NCBI GenBank assembly: GCA_002238645.1
Contig: MPMT01000007.1
Coordinates: 7,502-71,501, forward strand
Source of the DNA: Alphaproteobacteria bacterium bin52
GTDB taxonomy: Bacteria; Pseudomonadota; Alphaproteobacteria; Thalassobaculales; Thalassobaculaceae
DNA length: 64,000 bases
Direction of reading: 5' to 3'
The notes beneath the pieces were generated by a model. The model was not told where the DNA came from and searched no databases. It saw nothing but the letters and a program-made list of their open reading frames with translations. Of this stretch, positions 38,601-45,637 are shown piece by piece (position 1 is the first letter of the stretch; each line of letters begins with the position of its first letter). The translations under genes and the position numbers were made by a program.

Positions 38601-38630
38601 GTACAGACTCCGGGCGACGCGAATCCTCAA
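35619..38630 (-). CDS. 1003-aa protein (gene D): McrC/DUF2357-like N-terminal half fused to a putative degenerate Hsp70/actin-like ATPase-fold half
   Basis: The TTG start lies 3 nt after the gene C stop; an alternative GTG sits at codon 23. The TLENR motif (aa 265-269, nt 37824-37838) is followed by the RYRRVLGAWLDLL helix, as in McrC-type partners. Residues ~520-850 follow the Hsp70 motif order (IVSLDLRSSFS; LAVAIVPDTGLRAGERQRRVADGLSKA; LIVQVDGEV; RILVESPIPGW; AVEPEQTLRGAWEIG). Confidence 0.7.
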   Translation of the reverse strand: MRIRVARSLYDLHAAVAGDGSAVVQPVRSGEELGPDRARADAILIVDRLSPTEHSTLCEVPPWIYLGSRQHLPRTRGRGTGSLDIDAEWLAWHLPARPARVSRIRVWVTLDQSFTINVESWEGRRQAAGTSATKQRSGRTLDRLDRAANRMKRVADASAVCHDQSVLWRTSAAILASEADPEAVDPLGELLREQARALLPVLAGIEGSPRRLLRRRHRPVRLSKVREVDAKTIRWLCRQAGRSTAERCGPRQRMVTPERYATTDTLENRVVVAYAALYDTEARSWLAERGDMAHGAELVRSMQNRARRVADGLRLQGARQAPAHDAATATNRSFALRHDERYRRVLGAWLDLLRQEQRAEQQWIWQGLTRRDEAQATICAMLGESSPLVVASGPLAIRRDAPAQGRHWTDDGPSLVLRVGKHASASLSVATDDRCMIGAIATVLGPGPALHVIASDRADWIGRARRERLVTLPTNTGARNWRVWTRKLLERATASTLHSVPRGAKLAPEPPLGRLRRSGSRSGIVSLDLRSSFSRLAREDSTGSVDVRFLGTALRARGIGEATEVAAQARIQPTTGSASYIPLGDIETMDLANELVSSAVRRLMGDDPLAVAIVPDTGLRAGERQRRVADGLSKAVGPHRRCLLVWRSVAVTEGHKLTGGAPGDYLIVQVDGEVALTHTRLRPWQRAEVPLLVERMTRGSAVATGREAPWPRRLRAAEAAWSRTGVNVDDLKTQTDILHLDAARIKPHEGNTSTFLFTRGEAVPIRRRHDPNARPIDVDESLVATLRALSERTGCRRILVESPIPGWSDAGAREISSALPGLTVLAVEPEQTLRGAWEIGRRLDEGDVCWLDHVESLAIEVAAPPEGLALDKCEEDEDGRWWLRLIPEREALEAGRGLWTTPAQHEVLLSIQPGEWRVPVKLRRRLEGQWQEGFLAGAGNEKYRQEVKLDRSALHGGYTRLEPRVRVRPLGGEPQLVLYHHPYGLDGREIATHPAILRVSDPD

Positions 38631-38633
38631 TTG

Positions 38634-40535
38634 CTAATCCGCGCGGGTCCGGTCGAGGCCGAGCCAAGTGAACGTGCTGTGGTTCGGGATGGCGTCGATA
38701 CGGGCGTCGAGCGCCGAGGCAAGGTCGTCGTCGCCCACGTTCTCGACCACGTCGCGCAGCGTACGGAGGCCTTTTCTCAACGCGTCCGTATCTTCGGAGC
38801 CGTTGAGCTTCGGGAGCACTCTCATCTCGACTTGGTCCGCGATGGCGTGCCGCCAGCTTCCGGGATAGCAGCGGACGTAGTGGTACATCGCCTGCACCAC
38901 GCGGTGCCCGACCCCCCGCTCGCACTCCGTGATCGCCCGTGCGATTTCGCGAATGGAGCCCTCGACCGCGAGCATGTCGGTGTCTTCCCGCTTCCGGCCG
39001 CACCACTTCTCGAAGAGCATTGCCGTCACATATTCTGTCTGCCGAGGGGCGGCCGGCTCGTCGCTCAGTCGATCCACCTGGAGATTCCCCTCGCTTGGCG
39101 CAGCGAAGCGCAGGGTGTTGCTCCGGTCAAGGACCTTGTCGGAAAGACTTTGCGTTGTTTCGTCCTCGTTGAGCGTTCCCGTCCAGAGCACACGATACGG
39201 AATGGCGAGGCGCATCGCCTGGATCTCGCCGTTTGCGCGTTTCGGCATCTGGATCGCGACTTGGCTTTCAGCGTAACCCGCCCCCCCCGGCTCGCGCATT
39301 TCAAGCCGACTCAGGAGTTCAGCGAAGTAGTACTCCGTGCGGGCGAGGTTCATCTCGTCGAGGAGGATGACGGCCAGCCGATTGGTGAATCGTTTGGCTT
39401 CGTCCGGCCAGTTGGCACTGTCGAAGTGCACCAGTAGCTGGGCTCGCTCGGTGGCCCTGTATTGCCCGGAGATGTAGTCGTAGAAGCCAAGCAGGTCCTG
39501 CGGGCTGTCCCATCCCGGCTCCACCGGGACGTGGAGGAACGCGGCGCCGAGGGCGCGAGCATACTCCCTCGGGAGCTGCGATTTTCCCGTTCCGGATACG
39601 CCAGCAAGGACGGTTAAAGGCGAGATTGACCGAGTCTTCACGGCGGTGTGAAAGGCCCTCACCGTGCGGGGGTGGTAGCGAAGCCTCTGGGCTTCGAGCT
39701 GCTGCTCGAGGTTGTCGAGAAACTCGTCCTCCCGCTCCACGGGCCGATCCGTCGGCAGCGGCTCGTAGTCCTCTACTTCGGTCAGGCAAGCGGGGGTGTC
39801 ACGGAGCTCGTCGATCCCTGGTCCCGTCTCTTCCGGACGATCCACCTGCACTCGCAACGGTCCCTCGGGAAACGTCACCTCTCCTCCGGTGAGCTGGGCA
39901 TTCTCGAGTGCCTCTTTCACTTCCTTCGCCGCAGCCAGCTCCTGGAGCGCGTTGTCGCGTTGGCGTATCGCGCCCTCGCACTCCTCCCTTGCTTGGTCCC
40001 GAGTACGGCGAGCCTCCTGCGCGTCGGCCTGAAGCTCTGAAACTTCCTTCTTCAGGTGACTGATTTGGTCGCGCAATCGCGCATGCAGTTCGCTGTGCTT
40101 CTCCAGTTCCACCTCAAGGCGCTTCTTCTCTGCGTCGAGGCCATCTGTGGCCCGCCGCAAGCGTTCCATCTCTGCGAGTTTCTCGTCGGCTCCTTGGAGT
40201 TGGCGTTGCTTCTGGTCGAGGCGGCTCTCGAGTTCCGCAACCGTACGGTTGACCTCTTCGCGAGCCGTGTCGAGGGCCTGTTCGTCTCGCTGGATCTGCT
40301 GTGCCTGTTCAATCGTGTTCTTCGCGTCGCGATATTCGGCGTCGATCGAGGTGAGCGACGCCGAGACGCGATCATGCTCGGCCAGGAGCTGGGCGATCCT
40401 CGCTCGCCACAGGTCCAGTTCGCCTCGCCGAACAGCCCCGACAAAGATCGCCACGGCAAAGCCGACGAGGACCGCGGTCAGCGTGGTGGCCCCGTGGAGT
40501 ATCCATCCTTGCGCTACCCACGACGGCCAAGTCAT
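38634..40535 (-). CDS. Membrane-anchored coiled-coil McrB-like AAA+ GTPase (gene C)
   Basis: It has an N-terminal TM helix (ILHGATTLTAVLVGFAVAIFVGAV) and ~170 aa of coiled coil. Walker A GVSGTGKS is at 39579-39602 and Walker B is AVILLDEMNLA. GTLNEDETTQSLSDKVLDRSNTLRF matches the McrB/AAA_5 signature. The start overlaps the gene B stop (ATGA). Confidence 0.8.
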   Translation of the reverse strand: MTWPSWVAQGWILHGATTLTAVLVGFAVAIFVGAVRRGELDLWRARIAQLLAEHDRVSASLTSIDAEYRDAKNTIEQAQQIQRDEQALDTAREEVNRTVAELESRLDQKQRQLQGADEKLAEMERLRRATDGLDAEKKRLEVELEKHSELHARLRDQISHLKKEVSELQADAQEARRTRDQAREECEGAIRQRDNALQELAAAKEVKEALENAQLTGGEVTFPEGPLRVQVDRPEETGPGIDELRDTPACLTEVEDYEPLPTDRPVEREDEFLDNLEQQLEAQRLRYHPRTVRAFHTAVKTRSISPLTVLAGVSGTGKSQLPREYARALGAAFLHVPVEPGWDSPQDLLGFYDYISGQYRATERAQLLVHFDSANWPDEAKRFTNRLAVILLDEMNLARTEYYFAELLSRLEMREPGGAGYAESQVAIQMPKRANGEIQAMRLAIPYRVLWTGTLNEDETTQSLSDKVLDRSNTLRFAAPSEGNLQVDRLSDEPAAPRQTEYVTAMLFEKWCGRKREDTDMLAVEGSIREIARAITECERGVGHRVVQAMYHYVRCYPGSWRHAIADQVEMRVLPKLNGSEDTDALRKGLRTLRDVVENVGDDDLASALDARIDAIPNHSTFTWLGLDRTRAD

Positions 40536-41578
40536 TGGGACGTACCAACCGCGGTTCCGATGAGCCGTTGCAGCTCCTCCAACCCAGCTTTGGCTTCATC
40601 CCGCGCCGTCCGGAGACGGGTGAGGTCGGAGCGAAGCGCCGCTTTCTTTGCTTCGAGTTCAGTGACCTGCCGTTCCGCTGCCCCGCGGCTCGCCTCTACC
40701 CGATCCAACGCCGCTTGCGCTTCGTGCATGCGCGACTCGGCGTCCAGGGCTTCCTGAACAGCCGCTTCGCGGTCCTTTCCCATCTGCGCCATTGCTTCGG
40801 CCGCGTTGCGAACGGTGCCTTCGAGGCGTTTCTCGTCGTCGCGAAGCCGCGTGATCCGGGCTTCCAGACCCGCTGCCTCGGGACCGAGCTTGAGGAGCTG
40901 AGCTTCGAGCGCGCGGTGCTGCGTCTCGAGGCGGACCTTCTCGCGGTTTGCTTCCTCGACCTGCTCGAGCGTGGCGCTAAGCTCCTCGCGTGCCTTTTCG
41001 TTTCCAGTCACAGTCTCGGTCAGCGATCGCTTTGCTTCGGTGAGGTCGGTGCGCGCTTGATCAAGCTCACTGCGGGCATTCGTCGTGGCGGAGCGGACAT
41101 CCTCAAGCTGGCGCGTCCCAGTTTCGAACAACTGTTCCAGCTCGGTTTTCTGTTGTTGGAGGCCTTCAATCGAGAGTCCGAGATCCCGTTGACGGCGTTC
41201 GAGCGTGGCGACGTTGGCTGACAGGTCGGCTTCCGTCTTCCCAAGCTGCTTGACGCTTTCCCGGGTTGCGTTCTCCTCTTCTTGAATCGTCCGCAGAGTC
41301 GTATGGGCGTGGTTTAGCCGGGTCGTCACTTCGTCGGCTTCCAGCCGAATCTGCTCCGTCTGCTCAACCAGTTTCTCGATCTGAAGCTCAAGGCGATCGC
41401 GGCGCTGGCCGAGTTGCTCCACGTCGGCCTCAAGTGCCAAGCGCTGCCCGGGAAGCCCCTCAAGTGCGTCGTCCACCTGCGAACGGGCGATGTTGAGCAG
41501 GGCGGCCGTGACGATCATTGCCAATGCCAAGGCCGACAAGACGATCCTTCCTCCTGTCGAGACCAACTTTGTGCTCAT
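40532..41578 (-). CDS. Membrane-anchored all-coiled-coil protein (gene B)
   Basis: The internal ATG at 41576-41578 overlaps the gene A stop (ATGA). The product has a TM helix (IVLSALALAMIVTAALLNI) followed by ~300 aa of uninterrupted heptad-like Glu/Leu/Arg/Gln/Ala sequence. Confidence 0.7.
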   Translation of the reverse strand: MSTKLVSTGGRIVLSALALAMIVTAALLNIARSQVDDALEGLPGQRLALEADVEQLGQRRDRLELQIEKLVEQTEQIRLEADEVTTRLNHAHTTLRTIQEEENATRESVKQLGKTEADLSANVATLERRQRDLGLSIEGLQQQKTELEQLFETGTRQLEDVRSATTNARSELDQARTDLTEAKRSLTETVTGNEKAREELSATLEQVEEANREKVRLETQHRALEAQLLKLGPEAAGLEARITRLRDDEKRLEGTVRNAAEAMAQMGKDREAAVQEALDAESRMHEAQAALDRVEASRGAAERQVTELEAKKAALRSDLTRLRTARDEAKAGLEELQRLIGTAVGTSQ

Positions 41579-42525
41579 TGTTCTCTCAGTTCCTCTATTC
41601 GTTGCTGGACGCGGGCGGCACATGCCCGAGCGTCTTGGTCGACCTGATCGGACCAGAAGCGAAGTGGCTCCCAACCGAGCAGTCGCATGCGGCGGTCGCG
41701 GTCGACATCCTCTGGGCGGAGGCGTCCGTCGGGTCCCTGATGGTAGAGGCGTCCGTCGACCTCGATGTCGAGCCGCACGATTGGGGGCCCGGGCTCCTCA
41801 TAAGCGAAGTCGAGCCAGCTTCCGCCCACCGGCCGCTGGCTCTCGACCTCGATTTGGGCGCCGGCGAGCGCGGCTTCGAGGTGCCGTTCACTGTTCGAGG
41901 CGGTCCCACCACGGCCGCGTTCGGCCTCGCGGGTGATCGCACGCTCTGCCCAACGGGCGAGCCCCGCCAGCCCTTCCGGGGTGGTGCATGGACCAACGAA
42001 GTGGACGAGCGTTCCTGCATGGCGGAAAGCGGTGAGGAGTTCGTGCTCCGCTACGTCGGGAAGTACCGTGGTCGTGTCCCAGTAGACCAGATCGCCGTTC
42101 ATGCCGATCAGCTTGGCGCGCTCTGACTCGGTCAGCTGACCTGTAAGGACCTCAACACGGGGAGCTTCCGACAACAGAATCTTGGCGAGCGTGATCTCGG
42201 CCGCGATGCGGTTCGGGATCTGTTTGGGGGGACAGGTGGTCCAATGCCAACGTTGCCAATTCTTGCGGGCGTCGGCGAGCGTCCAGCCGCGAATTCTGGA
42301 GGGGAAGACCTTCCCATCTAGAAGCAGGCGGCAGACCTCGAGGAGCGCCCCGGGGCTGAGGGTTACGGCTTCGCCATCGGAGCATACTCGGCTCAGCCGT
42401 ACGCCTGCGAGTCGAGCGGTATGGCGAGCGCCGAGCCAGCGTCCTTGGGGTCGAGCTTGCGAGGGAAGTCGGGATTCCAACGGGGGATCTGCGGTCTCGT
42501 GCGCGGCGTGCTGAGGTTCGCCCAT
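41575..42525 (-). CDS. Protein with C-terminal DUF559 / Vsr-like PD-(D/E)XK endonuclease domain and unknown N-terminal ~210 aa (gene A)
   Basis: The C-terminus (..SWLDFAYEEPGPPIVRLDIEVDGRLYH...DVDRDRRMRLLGWEPLRFWSDQV) matches the DUF559 pattern (xDF..., IExDG, RDxxLxxxGWxVLRF). The putative catalytic D239/E255/D257 are present. Confidence 0.7.
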   Translation of the reverse strand: MGEPQHAAHETADPPLESRLPSQARPQGRWLGARHTARLAGVRLSRVCSDGEAVTLSPGALLEVCRLLLDGKVFPSRIRGWTLADARKNWQRWHWTTCPPKQIPNRIAAEITLAKILLSEAPRVEVLTGQLTESERAKLIGMNGDLVYWDTTTVLPDVAEHELLTAFRHAGTLVHFVGPCTTPEGLAGLARWAERAITREAERGRGGTASNSERHLEAALAGAQIEVESQRPVGGSWLDFAYEEPGPPIVRLDIEVDGRLYHQGPDGRLRPEDVDRDRRMRLLGWEPLRFWSDQVDQDARACAARVQQRIEELREQ

Positions 42526-43790
42526 CGTGCCGCCCGCGATGAGGGGGAACTACCCGCAGGCTATAGGTACGAGACCGAAACCGTGGCCGATTTCACGCGC
42601 CGGGACAGAATGCCGCGATTTGGGGGGCGAAGCTGCCTCGACAGACATTCCCGAGACCCCGTCGGTGGCGGCGGACGACTTGCTTCCCGACACATACAAC
42701 ATTGCACACTCCCCTCGTTAATCGTCCGGGAGGAACCGGGACGATTCGCTATTCCGCTTTGCCCTCCCGCACTAGATACGCCGCCGGGCGCCTGAGCCCG
42801 GCCCCGGGAAGCCGGTCAACGCCGCAATCTGTCGCAGGCCGCCGTCGAATGCACTCCCTTCGAATAAAGATCTCATCTGATAGCCGAGTTTAGCCGTATC
42901 GACAACATAAACCTGTCGTGGTTTCCGTGTGCTGAGCCGCTCCTCAGCATGAGAATAGGTTCCAGCCGCACGAGCGGGACTTCGGGCCTATTCGGGGTCG
43001 TCGTCCCGGCCGCGATCGCCGCCACTCCCGCCCAGCCGTTGCTGGCGTTGGCCGAGCACGGGGTGCGGCTGATCGCCGCGGCGCGCTGGTAGCGGGCCGG
43101 AGGCCTGAGGGGACCAGCAGCGGCCGCGCGAGGTGTTCGGCCGGAATACGTTCGTCGAGCGCGTCGGCGACTTTGCGCTCAAGTCGATCCCGAGAGCCAG
43201 CGACCCACGGTCGCATCGTGGCGGTGCGGGCGTATAGTCCCGGCAGCGCAGTGTCGGTGCGGCTGATGACCGTCGAGAACGGCCGGAGCGTCCTGCGGGT
43301 GGCGAACCCCGGCCGATCCGGAACGGCGAGGCCGGCCGGCCGGTTCCTCCCGGGCCATCAGACGTCACGGGTGCTCCGACGCACGGCCGCCCTGCGAACG
43401 CTCCCACTCCGACAACGGCGTACCCCCGCATTCAGGCGGGAACACGAACGCCCTCCCGGCGATCCGGGTGCGGGCCCGGATCGAAACCCCTACCCGGGAT
43501 TTCCGCCAAGCCGGTCGTGGTCGCTTCGGCGACCGCGTCTTCGCCGCCGCCATGAGCCGCCGCCTCGAACCGGGAGTTACCCGGGATGACCCCCCAGGGA
43601 GTGAGCCGGTGGCGCGGCCGGCACCGACCGCAGTGCGGCAGGCCGTTTGCGCTCCCGTACCGACTCGACTGCGGCCGGGACAGTCGGTCAGCTCGTGAGG
43701 ACGAGAGGGATTGGGGGCGTGCAGGCAATGGTGCGAGCAGACGTGACGTCAGGTCCCGGCAGGACCCTGCTGTTCAGACCTGCGCGGTTG

Positions 43791-44426
43791 CTATGACTTG
43801 CTGACCAGGGAGATGTCGAGTCCCTCGAGCCGTCGCTGCATTTCGGTCAGCAGCACCTCCACTCGGCCACCGTTGGACCGGATCACCGAGGCGTACTCGT
43901 TGCGCTGGGTAATCCCGAGACTGATGCCGGCGATCACGAGGTCGATCACCTTGAAGCCATCCCCGTTGTTCACGAGCCTCCAGTCCAGCGAAATCGGCGT
44001 CATCTCGCCGTTAGATGCCCGGGTCTCGACCAGGATATGTCCCTGCTTGCTGAACCCGTGGCCAACGACCTCGACCGTGTAATGACTGTGGGACGTGAAC
44101 CGCTGGGCATAGGTGTGGATCACCAGGTCGCGGAACAGCACCTGGTAGTGCTGCCGGTCGGCCTCTGACAGGCGCCGCCAGTAGCGACCCAGCACGAACC
44201 GCGATATCCACTTCAGGTCGAAGTCACGATCAAGGATCTGGCCGTAGAGTTCGTGGCGCGCATCCCTCGACATGCTCGCATCGCCGGCGATGGACAGTGC
44301 CCGGTTGGACAGTTCGCTCACGAACTGCTCCGCCGCCTTGCCGGTCTCAGCCGCGGAGACGTCGCTGCGCCATGCCCAGGACGCCATCACCACCACAATG
44401 ACAAGCAGGAGTCCCCGCACCCTCAT
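43791..44426 (-). CDS. mlaC: MlaC/Ttg2D-family phospholipid-binding periplasmic protein
   Basis: Shows a signal peptide (MRVRGLLLVIVVVMASWAW..SAA) and the family pattern ILDRDFDLKWISRFVLGRYWRRLSEADRQHYQVLFRDLVIHTYAQRF. Confidence 0.8.
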   Translation of the reverse strand: MRVRGLLLVIVVVMASWAWRSDVSAAETGKAAEQFVSELSNRALSIAGDASMSRDARHELYGQILDRDFDLKWISRFVLGRYWRRLSEADRQHYQVLFRDLVIHTYAQRFTSHSHYTVEVVGHGFSKQGHILVETRASNGEMTPISLDWRLVNNGDGFKVIDLVIAGISLGITQRNEYASVIRSNGGRVEVLLTEMQRRLEGLDISLVSKS

Positions 44427-44470
44427 CGCCGTCTCCGTCTCAGTCGCAACCAAACCGGTGTGTCCAAAGA

Positions 44471-45235
44471 CTACTCGGACGCCTTGGGCTTCGAACGCAC
44501 GTTCCCGTCAGCAGGTTCCTGATCAAACGCAGGTGAGTCCGGCATCTCGCCATTGCTGATCACCGCCGCCCGGTGCTGACGATAGATGGATCGGGCAGCT
44601 GCGTAGAAGTCGATCGAATTCTCGCGCAGATCGTCGATCGTTTCAAAGTTCTCGTCGCGGAAGTCGATGCCCGTCATTGCGGTGCGACCCAACTGGACCC
44701 GATAGCGGACCTCACTGTGGCCGAGGAGACCGATCGGGTCGACCAGGGCCTCGACGACGATACCGATGGTATCGCGTCCGTTCGACAGCCCGAGCAGGGG
44801 CAGGACCAGGTAGGGACCACCGCCAACCCCATGCACGGCCAACGTCTGTCCGAAGTCCTCGTCGCGATGCATCAGTCCGAATGCGCTCGCCGGGTCGCCA
44901 AGGCCGGCGGTCAGCCCGTTGATGAAGAACCTGGATACAGTGACACCCGCCTGCTCGACATCACCCTGAAGCAGGTTGTTTGCCAACAGCAGCGGGCTCC
45001 TGAGCCAGGTCAGGAAATTCCTGATACCGTCGCGAATCGGTGTCGGCAGGACGGTCCGGTACACCCAGGTCACCGGCCGCACGACCACCTGGTCGACAGC
45101 ATCGTTGAAGGCGAACACCGACCGGTTCAGCCCTTCCAGCGGGTCGCCATCGTCGAGGGCCGAATCCGACGGTACCGTCGTGCAGGCCGGGAGCAGCAGC
45201 ACCATAACCAGAGCCAGGCGACGCGCCATTCGCAT
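44471..45235 (-). CDS. mlaA: MlaA/VacJ-family outer-membrane lipoprotein
   Basis: Shows a lipobox (LLLPAC) and NRSVFAFNDAVDQVVVRPVTWVYRTVLPTPIRDGIRNFLTWLRSPLLLANNLLQG, typical of VacJ/MlaA. Confidence 0.85.
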   Translation of the reverse strand: MRMARRLALVMVLLLPACTTVPSDSALDDGDPLEGLNRSVFAFNDAVDQVVVRPVTWVYRTVLPTPIRDGIRNFLTWLRSPLLLANNLLQGDVEQAGVTVSRFFINGLTAGLGDPASAFGLMHRDEDFGQTLAVHGVGGGPYLVLPLLGLSNGRDTIGIVVEALVDPIGLLGHSEVRYRVQLGRTAMTGIDFRDENFETIDDLRENSIDFYAAARSIYRQHRAAVISNGEMPDSPAFDQEPADGNVRSKPKASE

Positions 45236-45637
45236 CCATCGGCTGACTGATGTCCAGAACCCGTCCGCCGGGCCGGAACGACCGAAGATCCGATCGGTAG
45301 CCGTCACGCAGACTCCGCTCATCGTACTCCCCCTGGCTTCACGCCCGAGCCGGTGCACTATCAGCAGTTACGCCCCACAGCAAGTTGTCACTCCGAACGG
45401 CTGGCCCACCGGTCACGACTCCGCTGGCCCGTGACCGGGTCACATGTCGTGTGGTCATGGCGTTGTGGACCACTACATCCGGAGTCTGGCAGGATGCATC
45501 CTCCCGAGGCCGAGGTGTTCCGCAGCACCATGCAAAGTGACAATTGCGTCGCACTTGTGTCGTGCAGGCAACACACCGTCGATGACCGGCGGGGAACGGC
45601 AACCGCGGTTCCCGGTGGGAAGGAGGGCACGACGCAG

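Noticed and set aside
42944-43216. 90-aa minus-strand ORF with a short protein-like segment
   Set aside because: Only ~25 residues look protein-like and the rest is Arg/Pro-rich. It is kept only as a hint of gene decay in the 42526-43790 finding.
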